Shown: positions 32,201 to 39,791 of the stretch, piece after piece
Layout of the letters: every line of letters begins with the position of its first letter
Numbering within the stretch: position 1 is the first letter of the stretch
Source: a virus
Lineage: Duplodnaviria; Caudoviricetes
Length of the DNA stretch: 64,000 nt
IMG/VR virus record: IMGVR_UViG_3300021376_000006
Strand: one strand, 5' to 3'
Made by a program: the position numbers and the translations under genes
The notes under the pieces: generated by a model
Databases searched by the model: none
What the model was told of the DNA's origin: nothing
What the model saw: only the letters and a program-made list of their open reading frames with translations

Positions 32201-35200
32201 AATAACACAGAAGTATTACTATTGGGTCCATAATAAAATTAGTGTGGATATAAATCAAGCTCGAAGAACCTTGAGTGCTAAGGCATTAGAATCTTACATA
32301 ACAGCTCCTAAAGATCAAGGTATACCATATCTAGCTTTATTGGCACCCAACAGCGTTGCAGTCTACAATGTAACTGATCAATTGATCGGAAACGACGTGG
32401 CTATCCATTTGGATGTGGCTCAAATTAGAAACAGCAACTTGATGCACAGTGAATGGCAAATGGTACAACAAAATGCCGGCGCTGAATCTATTCCGGTAAG
32501 ATTTATTTCAAAATTAAGAGATAGTATTGTAGGATTTGATGACACAGGCTTGATTGTTCCTGATCCATTGTTGAAAGCGCAAGATCGCCTTGGTATTTTA
32601 AATATGCCAAGACAAACTCTGATGTCTAATAGATTAGGTGCTTTACAAAATTATGTAGAAACACTTAATGCAATTTTAGTGCGCTACCCTACACTACTAA
32701 TAAAAACACCATCTACACTGTTTTTAGAAGATCCACTGCCTACCACTGGCTTTAATACACAGACAAGTAATGTCACAGATCTAACTTATCTAAGCACCGA
32801 TGCCTTTACCAATGGATATAAGATTTTAATACCTAATGACTCTAATTATCAAGGTAAATGGAGCATTTACAGTTTTAATTCAACCAACGATACTTTTGAA
32901 TTATTTAGATTACAAAGTTTCAAAACAGAATTGTTTTGGAGCCCTACTGTATGGTATGACACCACTTTTCAAAACGGCAAAGATATCAACTACACTGTGG
33001 CAATCTACAGCGATATTCAAGCTCTGAGTCCCGAACCTGGTGATTACATAAAGGTACTAGATAATGGTCAAGGCAAGTGGTTACTGTACGAAGCTCAGGA
33101 TGGCGGATCTTTAAGTTTGATTGGGGCCGAAAATGGAACACTACAAGTAAGCACAGAAGTATTTGATGTGACAGTGAGAGCCGGTTATGACAGCGCCGTT
33201 TACGATTCTGTAGGATTTGATCCACAAGCAGTCCAAGAGTTAAAAAATATTTACAACAGTGTGTATCAAGAAATACTAACAGGCAATCTGAGTAACGAAT
33301 TAAACAGATTATTCCTTACAATTGTAAACTTTATATTTGCAGAACAAAAGAATCCAGACTGGATTTTTAAAACAAGCTTTATTGATGTTTATCATAATCT
33401 TAGAAATTTGGAACAGTTCCCAAATTTTGTAAGAGACAATCAAAGTTTTTACAATGATTATATTCAAGAGGTAAAACCATATAGAACACAGATTAGAGAA
33501 TACGTACCTAGTTATATAAAACAAGATACGGCTGCAGGTGATTGGACAGATTTTGATTTACCAAGTGTGTATGATGCTAGATATGGAAAATTTAGAAGTC
33601 CTGACATAGCGATTACACAAGATGCATCGTTGTTTGAAAATGAAATTTATAGCGATTGGGCAAACAATTACAAATTCAAAGTAACTGATTATATAATTGG
33701 TAATATAGGGCTTAATTATGTATTACCTCCCAATGTAGAAATTACTGGCGGCGGTGGTATTGGTGCTGCGGCTATAACAACACTATATGCCAATGGTCGT
33801 GTGGCTTCTATTACAGTCACCAATGCAGGATCAGGATATACGTCAACTCCAAATGTGTTTATAAACGGCGATGGTGTAGGAGCCACAGCGTATCCGCTAT
33901 TGAAAAATGAATTTTATAGTTCCCAAACAAATCTCAGTTATAATCTAGTTAGAAGTATAGATACTCAAATTAAATTTGATAGATTTGCATATTCTAGTAA
34001 CTTGATATTATGGCAACCAAACACAGCTTATGCTAATACTGTTGTAACATCAGGTAACACAGTTACTGATCAAGGAAATATCTATATCAGTAGCGGAAAT
34101 ATTGTTGTATATAACAATCAGGCCTATTTGGCAACTAACGCAAATATTTCTACTCAAAGCACATTTGATTTCACTAGATTTACAGTAATCGACAGTGGCA
34201 ATACATTGCTTAATGCTGCAGACAGAATAATAGCCTACTATCAACCAGAAGTTGGGATGACTGGTCGAACTCTTACTCAATTGATTAACGGACTAGAATA
34301 TCCCGGAATAGAGGTTTTAGGAACCGAATTTAGAACCAATGCATTTGAAATTACAAGCAATGTAATCTCATTTAACTATACTGGTTTAACCATAGACAGT
34401 GGCAATGTTGATGCGGTAAATTTCCAAACTTTAGGTTTTGAAGTGGATCAAAGTATCAGAATTGAAGCACAGGTGCCATTTGAATTTCAGAATAACGGAT
34501 ATTTTACCATAGTCAATGTTACAAGAGATTCAATGACATTGACTGGACAACCAGTCGAAACAACTTACAAAATTTTATTAGATTCGCCAATTACTGCCAA
34601 TCTAGGAGATTATATAACTCAGGCAAACACATTGGCTAATGCTTATGTGTTACAGTCAGTTACCAATTCGTCCACAGTGGATTTAATATACACCGTGCCT
34701 GAATTTACTGTATCATCAAACAATATCAGCATCAATGGTGTAGCTATCCAATCAAATATTGCAGAAATAGGTACAGGCGGCAATGCCAACGTAAAAATAT
34801 CGTATCTAGATTTACAACAAGTATTAGATTCTAATATATACAGCAAATATCTTGACACAGCATTGGGAACCAGGCCTCAAGATATTAATATCGTAGGCGG
34901 TGCATATGTTGACACTTATGCAAGTCATGCGCCCGAGGAATTGATACCAGGAAGAATGTACGATGCAATGGAAATGCGTGTTTTCAGTAATACAACAGGA
35001 AATACAGAAACCTATGGATTTAGGTTATTCCAACCAATGAGTGCCAATGCAGTTTATACCAGAATCAATGCCAACGCCACTACTACTCTGTCGGCCAATT
35101 TAAATCTAATAGATGATGAAATTGTTGTAAACGATGCAAGTAAATTACCTGACCCTAGTCCAAGCTTGGGCAATCCTGGTATTGTGTTTATTAATGGCGA

Positions 35201-35939
35201 AAAAATTCATTATTATCAACGCTATGATGCTGCTAGACTGGCCACAGCAACACCTTGGACCGCTAATACTGTGATTCCAGCTGCTACACTTATTGCATTA
35301 GACAGTAATGTATATTTGACTACCGGCAACGTTTATGCAAATGCCAATACATACATAAACTCGGCAAATATTCAGCTTATTACAGTAAATTCATTGCGTC
35401 AACTGAGACGCGGAGTTGATGGTACAGGTGTATCAAATGTCATATTGTCAGGGAATACTATATCAGATAGCAGCCTTACTCAATTAATTCCAGACGCTCA
35501 GATTTATTCTGCTGTAACAGTCAATGGTAATATTACAGTTACATCAAATGTAAGTTTTAAATTGATAATGAGTTCGAATATTACTGCCAATGTTGGGGAT
35601 TACATCACGCAATTTGCAAATACAGGAAATGCAAGAGTTTTACAATCTGTAACAAACGGCAATATTGTAGCAGTTGATTTTGTCACTGGCACATTCCAAA
35701 CGGCATCTAACATAGGAACCAGAATAAACATAGCTAGTATTACCGGTGGTGTTTCTAGTGTCAGTGCAAACGTGCTCAATATCAACACTTTAGGATCAGT
35801 GTTTGCAAATGGTAATGTTGTGTTGTCCAGTGTTCCTTTATTACAAAGCAATATTTGGGAACAATTAGGAACTACCCTACAAAATAGCAACACAATTGGT
35901 GCACAATTTATTAGAGCGGAGCCTAGTTATATACCATGA
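23250..35939 (+). CDS. Giant (4229 aa) multidomain virion/baseplate protein in the gp7 position
   Basis: Continuous ORF after gp6 with FG-GAP-like repeats, a VrlC-like GSGYTSTPNV module, CBM-like WxP motifs and an Asn/Thr-rich beta tail; AGGA RBS. Confidence 0.75.
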   Translation: MAAFKTLQFLPEIFRTDTNRKFLNATVDQLVSEPNLIKVNGYIGRKLAPSYKASDSYITEPTKARQDYQLEPSIIIKNTNSGELTFATTYTDIVNKINFYGGFGNNQNRLFDNEYYSYDPQIDLDKFVNFAQYYWLANGPDAVIVSASAVPLEATYGVTFDSTTQTYRFTGFDNAPNPVITLARGGRYTFVNNEPGNKFYIQTSPGLLGVDPNAPNLTTRTVLGVTNNGQDVGDTVFQVPLASAQLQWTNMPVIGNVNYATSLSYQSLQGCLLSDLENVLGGLDGPTSSLEDATIIFVNNEFIDDIYWVNTARIQNNIIRLDQASLIPLSERNNVYQIGLFEDDQGDVRIYLTNKLSVSNEQKVRIKAGITNAGKEFYSRLDLYNQVPAITAPINLLFYQSDQTDSAVGAIQLIDPSAALIDPDLEIIGQRTYTSPGGVVFTNGLKVTFDSTVSAPYANNTYYVEGVGTSITLMLVSNLICPELNDDLSLPDYLTINRGSLDLNGWARSNRWFHVAVIAATANYNGTDLFLDQNYRAQRPIIEFKPNLQLFNFGTESKNPVDVLDNIITNAYTQVQGVLCASTSQVTITVDGETVTFNDGDRIIFSQDENLDVRNKIYDFSIELTTEAPDPLEYRAFIQEASDATVEESQTIIVKSGANGPKQWYFNGTIWIEAQQKTAVNQAPLFDLINLEGISFGTNSVYPGSTFAGSKIFSYKIGTGSNDSVLGFPLSYKNLVTQGDIQFENNFDYDTFSYILDAGVTRTISVNAGLIQQNLSRITSTRLNTWVINSNFSKQYQIFNFTYDGSTNLFPVDILPDISVSVPNIKVVINNVPVPAGQFALTKVVDKLAVLINPSLLATNDVVFISIWNSSTASTQGFYQVPLNFDINSLNTDLETLTLGQMRNHLTEFKNNSLDIVGEVPGYSNLRDIDFSNRGGSILQHSAPIIYAGLFLNHPEMNFVDALRLASKEYSQFKIKFLEAAANLELDRTNIAACVDTIMSTLNSVKNDTFPYHYSDMVPYGEDERVALPSYTVFDTDIRAYEITRIFDDAAVSNKAVFIYLTRQLNGTVSTTLLVKGQDYYFDQTRPAVVIQDSFNLLYNDIISIVEFNNTDGSYVPETPTKLGLYPKYVPEIFTDNTYRTPIQVIQGHDGSLTPAFGDFRDSLLLELERRIYNNIKVEYNILNFNINDYVPGKFRLLDYSRQEFNQLLSQNFLQWVGTNRVDFTTNNTFKASDPFTWNYRKFRDVVNGESLTGTWRSVFRYFFDTDRPHTHPWEMLGFSEKPSYWDDRYGPAPYTGGNLVLWGDLESGYIHAGTRAGVDLRYSRPGLTQIIPVDDSGNLRKTSEFLVTDFDSAAANTSFAVGDIGPTELAWRRSSDFPFAMQYALAIGKPARYFALLGDVRHYFRSNTTGQFVDTVDNKHIQPNILRVNGYIDMDDTVERSAGYINWIRDYLKNIGINDAGTIIKNNLERMTVQLSYKMAGYSDKRFLELLAEQVSPSSINDSVVIPEENYSIELYKGAPLNKIVYSAVIIEKSVNGYTVSGYDTTNPYFYIVPSLPNNNAYVIEVDGQRGTIFRDFKTQRYTIPYGFEFNTKQQVVDFLVSYQRFLIAQGFVFEDRDNLLNEKKDWVLSAKEFLHWSKQGWRTGNIFVCSPVSTSIKVFNETAVVDEIKNTPNSSRVLDINYQAIKKNNFTIIRDSNLFTFNSLLNQTIGLAEFNLVQYEHLLLLDNTTVFRDVIYVPETGNRQYRLKLVGAKTQFWNGSLELPGYIYGSDKTDEWQPGQDYLKGSLVSHKARIYTAIENISAADQFQTASWKQLGLNELQSGVINNFATNAKQSLQYYDINDQPIDEQVQLFSNGLIGFRPRQYFTNLGIDIVTQSKFYQGLIKQGGTANAINALRGAQFNNLNTELNFYENWMMRVGEYGSLDINQYYEFLLSDSVFDNNPAVFQLSDGTVATQTDIAVFDQTSTYKLSGAFNPNFLRVEDNSQSKELRPLPTAGFVNLDDVDGTIFDIQDYASYADIVDNMSVGFTLWTARDFDKQWNVYRCCNVPGLAFILRYNTESQAELVISAEHGLEENDLIALKNFDPRYNGIYRVNAIIDSTRFLITIYNNLQDLIDAEAVIANGIVYKLQSSKLATPTAVIESTPNSGWAVNDKVWIENLDNEGNWGVYTRTDPWEYQNRIQLGESQYAGNDHFGRSIALDNSPLYLFGGAPDSSNGRVSIYARNSNNGWDSYGFLWGNNPVLDSFGKVLATATVGSSNFLAVSASDSGSKQGVVYVFENQVLVQILADVSGTAGDEFGASLSMGDDAKYLYIGAPGANKVYCYALNYPREEVTQNLIGSTGVATFNLSFAAADASDIIVTAPLRAAEYFPGIDYTTASGPDRIIFTVAPSDGDRITVQKRTYHYTLLDTLPVSSESAVGSQFGSAVVSNSDGSTIAVGAKSTIVDGLNEAGAVYLYHRTTTEFVTNGLTNTFTLPDNLGNVFYVYYNDVLLTNGTDYYLIGTNIVQFAGFNIPPAGNRLVVESNQFILDQIIYPQTVGSAGGSFGAQLSMCNSGCNLYVSSPAYLEPNYRFGLVTRFVNAGRVYGTVTGTVIGPTVTIGETIVINNRVVTFTGTSLASVVSAINGANIPGVTASISYNKIKIDSDVVVAANRLNIVSGNTGTPLIDLGIDDYKFVQIIRHPDTLGETFGATLKVDQASGTLAIGSDGADISIPIDIDSTLAIPTLFDSGGTKFVDQISDSGAVYIYNLMNNPYEDVDNPSLFAFTQKLLGPNLDTGFNFGAAIDLRSDYLIVGVSNDYNIVTEGGSLYYYYNQDATSGWTLTRYKEPRVDIGAVNSAFLYNTVSQNILDFFDYLDPVKGKLLGAVEQELDFKEDYDPASYNRSNRTNTINNTNFYWSDRQVGKTWLDLSLMSFIDYEQGILQYRVKNWGSLFPGSQVKIYEWVESNFLPSQYATSAGDGIARYPDDTAYSSVTVVDPATGIITQKYYYWVHNKISVDINQARRTLSAKALESYITAPKDQGIPYLALLAPNSVAVYNVTDQLIGNDVAIHLDVAQIRNSNLMHSEWQMVQQNAGAESIPVRFISKLRDSIVGFDDTGLIVPDPLLKAQDRLGILNMPRQTLMSNRLGALQNYVETLNAILVRYPTLLIKTPSTLFLEDPLPTTGFNTQTSNVTDLTYLSTDAFTNGYKILIPNDSNYQGKWSIYSFNSTNDTFELFRLQSFKTELFWSPTVWYDTTFQNGKDINYTVAIYSDIQALSPEPGDYIKVLDNGQGKWLLYEAQDGGSLSLIGAENGTLQVSTEVFDVTVRAGYDSAVYDSVGFDPQAVQELKNIYNSVYQEILTGNLSNELNRLFLTIVNFIFAEQKNPDWIFKTSFIDVYHNLRNLEQFPNFVRDNQSFYNDYIQEVKPYRTQIREYVPSYIKQDTAAGDWTDFDLPSVYDARYGKFRSPDIAITQDASLFENEIYSDWANNYKFKVTDYIIGNIGLNYVLPPNVEITGGGGIGAAAITTLYANGRVASITVTNAGSGYTSTPNVFINGDGVGATAYPLLKNEFYSSQTNLSYNLVRSIDTQIKFDRFAYSSNLILWQPNTAYANTVVTSGNTVTDQGNIYISSGNIVVYNNQAYLATNANISTQSTFDFTRFTVIDSGNTLLNAADRIIAYYQPEVGMTGRTLTQLINGLEYPGIEVLGTEFRTNAFEITSNVISFNYTGLTIDSGNVDAVNFQTLGFEVDQSIRIEAQVPFEFQNNGYFTIVNVTRDSMTLTGQPVETTYKILLDSPITANLGDYITQANTLANAYVLQSVTNSSTVDLIYTVPEFTVSSNNISINGVAIQSNIAEIGTGGNANVKISYLDLQQVLDSNIYSKYLDTALGTRPQDINIVGGAYVDTYASHAPEELIPGRMYDAMEMRVFSNTTGNTETYGFRLFQPMSANAVYTRINANATTTLSANLNLIDDEIVVNDASKLPDPSPSLGNPGIVFINGEKIHYYQRYDAARLATATPWTANTVIPAATLIALDSNVYLTTGNVYANANTYINSANIQLITVNSLRQLRRGVDGTGVSNVILSGNTISDSSLTQLIPDAQIYSAVTVNGNITVTSNVSFKLIMSSNITANVGDYITQFANTGNARVLQSVTNGNIVAVDFVTGTFQTASNIGTRINIASITGGVSSVSANVLNINTLGSVFANGNVVLSSVPLLQSNIWEQLGTTLQNSNTIGAQFIRAEPSYIP

Positions 35940-35949
35940 ATCATACCCA

Positions 35950-35957
35950 GCTAAATA
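35950..35957 (+). promoter_or_regulatory. Late promoter candidate (GCTAAATA)
   Basis: TAAATA core 6 nt before ATG 35963, the same geometry as at 19104. Confidence 0.35.
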
Positions 35958-35962
35958 GTAAT

Positions 35963-36640
35963 ATGGATAAAAATATGGAAGATTTAGAACGTAACCCCAC
36001 AGACCACGAACATAAACCAAACGAAACGGGTGGCATAAATGTGCAAGGGCATATCAAAATTTTTGATCCCACTTCAGGCGAAGTTTATGTAGATAAGCGA
36101 AATGCAATTCACTACGAAAATATCAGTGAGGCTATAGCGTATACATTGGCAAACAAAGGTCAAAACTACATTTACGAAATGCATTTTGGTAACGGCGGTA
36201 CCAGTATTGATCCTACAGGAATTATCAATTATTTGCCACCAAATGTTAATACCAGTAACAGCAATTTGTACAATCCAACCTTTGCTAAAATTGTAGATAA
36301 TAACAGTGCATTAAATGCTGATCCAACAAGAAACAAAATGGAAATACGACATGTTCCTGGTAGAGTGTATACAGACATTGTTATCAGCTGTTTGCTTGAT
36401 TACGGTGAGCCAACTGGCCAAGCAGCATTTGACAACAGTACAAATCTTGAAGATACTTATACATTTGACGAATTGGGTCTCAAAGCTAGAAGCACAGACG
36501 GTAGTTCTGGACTTACCACAACAGGCAAATTACTTACGCATGTAATTTTTCATCCTGTGCAAAAAAGTCTAAACAGATTAATTCAAATTGATTACACAGT
36601 GAGAATTCAAACTCTAACCAATTTGAGCAGCATAGGATAA
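35963..36640 (+). CDS. Virion structural protein (tail-collar/baseplate-like)
   Basis: FDELGL...LLTHVIFHPVQKSLNRLIQIDYTVRI, in the structural operon. Start may be 35936, 35963 or 35975. Confidence 0.55.
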   Translation: MDKNMEDLERNPTDHEHKPNETGGINVQGHIKIFDPTSGEVYVDKRNAIHYENISEAIAYTLANKGQNYIYEMHFGNGGTSIDPTGIINYLPPNVNTSNSNLYNPTFAKIVDNNSALNADPTRNKMEIRHVPGRVYTDIVISCLLDYGEPTGQAAFDNSTNLEDTYTFDELGLKARSTDGSSGLTTTGKLLTHVIFHPVQKSLNRLIQIDYTVRIQTLTNLSSIG

Positions 36641-36644
36641 CACA

Positions 36645-37760
36645 ATGAGTTATTTTGTAAACAAAACCGATGGGTCAGTGATTGTTGTACTAGATGGTAC
36701 AAAAGATACTACCAGCACCAGTTTAACACTGTTTGGCCGGTTAGTACAAAACTACGGTGATCAAACAAATGAAAATTTTGTTAGGTTACTTGAAAATTTT
36801 GCATTTAACAACAGCCCAGCCAATCCTATATATGGACAGCTATGGTACGACACCAGCATTGATAATTTAAAAGTATACACCACTGCCAATACATGGTCAG
36901 TAATTGGTACTGACATTCGCGGCAATCTTGATGTATCGGGCAATGTGCATTTTGGGCCATACAATTTTGCTTTCAAAGATCTTGATGGAAATGTTCAGAT
37001 AACCAATAGTGCTAATGTAGGCAATGTCAGTTTTTACACCAACGTAAACGGTGTAAGTTCTAGAGTGCTGCATATTAACAGCCAAACTGGTCTAATGGAT
37101 GTGTATGGTAATGCTACCGCAAACTTTGGCGTACCAACAAAAATATACGTGGATAGTGAAATGTCTGCATTGCAGTCAAGAGCAAATACCAATCTTGTGG
37201 CCAATGTTGCTATTATCAATTCAAACCTGGCTACAAGAACCAGTGAAGAAAATCAACTGCGAGCAAATATAACTGCGGCCAATGCTCAAATAGCATTGAG
37301 AGATACAATCGCCAGAGTGAATTCAATTAATACTGCAATTAATACTGCACTCACTGCCAATGTTGATGCAATTTATGCTAATTTGGCTGCCAGAGTTGAT
37401 CAAACTGTTGCAGTAGAAACAGCAATGACAGCCAATGTTGCTGCTGCTAACGCAAGAGTTAACGGTGCCAATGTTAACATTACAAATTTAAACAACAGAT
37501 TAGACAGTGTAAACACTGCAATTGATATTGCACTCACAACAAACCTAGCCCTCAAAGCAGACACTTTAAGTCCTACACTAACAGGAACGCCCACTGCACC
37601 AACCGCTGCATTTGGTGCAAACACATTACAAATTGCCTCAACTCAATACGTTATGACTAGATCAGAATTCTGGGGCGGTAGTAGAAAATTTGTGAGTACC
37701 GATGATCCAAGTGTTAGCGATGGTGACAATGGTGATATTTGGTTTAAATACGTTCCTTGA
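36645..37760 (+). CDS. Tail fibre protein
   Basis: N-terminal LTLFGR..YG...NENFVRLLENFA...P..P..GQLWYD baseplate-anchor motif, AN(V/I)xAxN coiled-coil repeats, PTLTGTPTAPTA, C-terminal GDNGDIWFKY. Confidence 0.75.
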   Translation: MSYFVNKTDGSVIVVLDGTKDTTSTSLTLFGRLVQNYGDQTNENFVRLLENFAFNNSPANPIYGQLWYDTSIDNLKVYTTANTWSVIGTDIRGNLDVSGNVHFGPYNFAFKDLDGNVQITNSANVGNVSFYTNVNGVSSRVLHINSQTGLMDVYGNATANFGVPTKIYVDSEMSALQSRANTNLVANVAIINSNLATRTSEENQLRANITAANAQIALRDTIARVNSINTAINTALTANVDAIYANLAARVDQTVAVETAMTANVAAANARVNGANVNITNLNNRLDSVNTAIDIALTTNLALKADTLSPTLTGTPTAPTAAFGANTLQIASTQYVMTRSEFWGGSRKFVSTDDPSVSDGDNGDIWFKYVP

Positions 37761-37763
37761 CGC

Positions 37764-39737
37764 ATGACCACTACTAAAATAATTGAGAGAGAATTTGTTG
37801 TACAGGTTGGAGCTGATACTTTGCCGGCTGTTACATTGGGCGCTTGGTCTGGCTTTATGAACACCTATGCGGTATGGCCGTCGGGCGCCGGCGATTCAAC
37901 GACCATACGAAGATCTGTAAATTTACAAGCAGGTTATTATTATGTAACTGGCGCAGTTGACAACTACGGCTCAGTGAATATAAATGGCCAATACAACATT
38001 ACGTTATACAATTTTGATGCTAATATATCCAGGACTGCAATTGGTAATAATACAAGAATTTATCACGGTGGCGGAGCAATGAGTATTGTTATTTCTGCCA
38101 CCAACACCGGCGGACCTAGAGGAGTAGCAGTAACAATATCAGAGGAACTAGTAAGAAATGAACCAGGTATTCCAGGTATTCCTAATCCCATCGGGGGGAC
38201 TCGAACTGTGATCGATGTAGGAAATTTAGTATGGAGTACTAGAAGTGCAGGTACTTTAACCATTGGTAGATATCAAGTCACACTGCCTTTCCGGGCGAAT
38301 ATTACAGCACATGCGTGGGCTGCAGGCGGCGGCGGAGGCGGCATGGATGCTGGTACTCTGGGAGGCATAGGAGCGCCGGGGCTGTATAATACCACATCAT
38401 TTGAAGTTGACAGAGGCGATTTAGTTGAAGTTTTTGTAGGAAAAGGTGGCAATGGGGGTTCGAGTAGCTCAGGAGGCGCCCCTGGCGGTGCAGCTGGACT
38501 AAGCAGAACAAGTATCAACGGCGATGCAACTAAATCTTTCAATGGTGGTGCAGGATCTGCAGCTGGTCCCGGAGGTACTTCGGGTGGTGGAGGTGGTGGC
38601 GGCGGAGCGTCTGGTGTATTAGTAAACAATGTCCCGATGTTGGTAGCAGGTGGTGGAGGTGGTGGTGGAGGTGCCGGCAACGATGGCAACGGGTCTGGAA
38701 AATATGCTAGAAGAGATGCAACAATAACAAAAAATGCATTTGGAGATTACTCCATTGGCGCACCGGCATTAGATGTTGACAATTCTGGTTCATTAACTTT
38801 AAGTGCTCAAACTCAAATAGTAGAATATAACACGCTGCCAAGTGTGACTGCACCCCCAACTGCTGCTGGGTCAACAAAAGTTTTTGCATTTGGATATGGA
38901 TTTAATGCTGCGGGTTCATTTACAAGAACAGTGCAAACAAACAACAAGGTAAATTTATCAACTAGCGGAGTTTTAACTTTTTTTGCTCGAAGAGGATCAT
39001 TGCAACCTCCCGTCGGTCCTCCCGAACCGGGAGAAGATTTACACTTAGAGTATAGTAAAAATGGATCAACGTGGACAAATATTACTAAAGTACCTGTTAA
39101 TGTTACCGCTGATACTTGGTTAGTCAGATCGCCACAGATACCAGCCGGAGCCAAAGTAGCAGGCGGCGTCTTTTTACGCTATAGACAAACAGTTACTGGT
39201 GGTATTAGCACCAACAAAGATCTTTGGGCAGTTACCTCAATATTCAACGGATCACCAATATTGGATTTTCGCGGAGAAAGGGGCCAACCCAAGGGTGGCG
39301 ATGGTGGAGGTGCCGGTGGAGGAGGAGGCGGACATCCTGGAGGGCAAGGTGGTGCTGTATTTGGCGGAGATGCCAGTGGATTTGCAGGGCAGTGTGGTGG
39401 CAATTTTCCTGATAATGAAGGAGCCACTACTGGAACTGGTAGCACGTATTACAAAGCAGGATATGCAGGCGGTGGCAATCGCGGTGGTGGCACTGGCCAA
39501 GACGGGCGAGTTCTTTTGTTCATTGAGCCAATTTCACTCATGTCAATCAAAGTGTCTGGTGAGTGGAAACAGATAAACCAAGCATTTGTTAAAGTAAGCG
39601 GAACATGGCAAGATATCAACACCGTGTACGTAAAAATTGATAATGAATGGCGAGAAATTAATGGAGCCGGGCAAGGTGACGTTACATTCACAGGAAACTC
39701 GCAAAGTTATGGAACATCTATCAGAAGCTTCGCATAA
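37764..39737 (+). CDS. Glycine-rich tail fibre/receptor-binding protein
   Basis: Long GGGGG tracts, N-terminal beta-sandwich, Asp-box-like LEYSKNGSTW, three C-terminal xVKVSGxW repeats. Confidence 0.7.
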   Translation: MTTTKIIEREFVVQVGADTLPAVTLGAWSGFMNTYAVWPSGAGDSTTIRRSVNLQAGYYYVTGAVDNYGSVNINGQYNITLYNFDANISRTAIGNNTRIYHGGGAMSIVISATNTGGPRGVAVTISEELVRNEPGIPGIPNPIGGTRTVIDVGNLVWSTRSAGTLTIGRYQVTLPFRANITAHAWAAGGGGGGMDAGTLGGIGAPGLYNTTSFEVDRGDLVEVFVGKGGNGGSSSSGGAPGGAAGLSRTSINGDATKSFNGGAGSAAGPGGTSGGGGGGGGASGVLVNNVPMLVAGGGGGGGGAGNDGNGSGKYARRDATITKNAFGDYSIGAPALDVDNSGSLTLSAQTQIVEYNTLPSVTAPPTAAGSTKVFAFGYGFNAAGSFTRTVQTNNKVNLSTSGVLTFFARRGSLQPPVGPPEPGEDLHLEYSKNGSTWTNITKVPVNVTADTWLVRSPQIPAGAKVAGGVFLRYRQTVTGGISTNKDLWAVTSIFNGSPILDFRGERGQPKGGDGGGAGGGGGGHPGGQGGAVFGGDASGFAGQCGGNFPDNEGATTGTGSTYYKAGYAGGGNRGGGTGQDGRVLLFIEPISLMSIKVSGEWKQINQAFVKVSGTWQDINTVYVKIDNEWREINGAGQGDVTFTGNSQSYGTSIRSFA

Positions 39738-39760
39738 GCTTTAGCAAGCGATTATAAACG

Positions 39761-39768
39761 CATAAATA
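39761..39768 (+). promoter_or_regulatory. T4-type late promoter candidate (CATAAATA)
   Basis: One mismatch to TATAAATA, 24 nt before ATG 39792; GGAG RBS at 39777-39780. Confidence 0.6.
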
Positions 39769-39791
39769 ACAAAGTTGGAGAAACTTAAAAA

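Noticed and set aside
38273-38689. Pro-rich antisense ORFs over the Gly-rich fibre (also 39179-39445)
   Set aside because: Shadow frames of poly-Gly codons.
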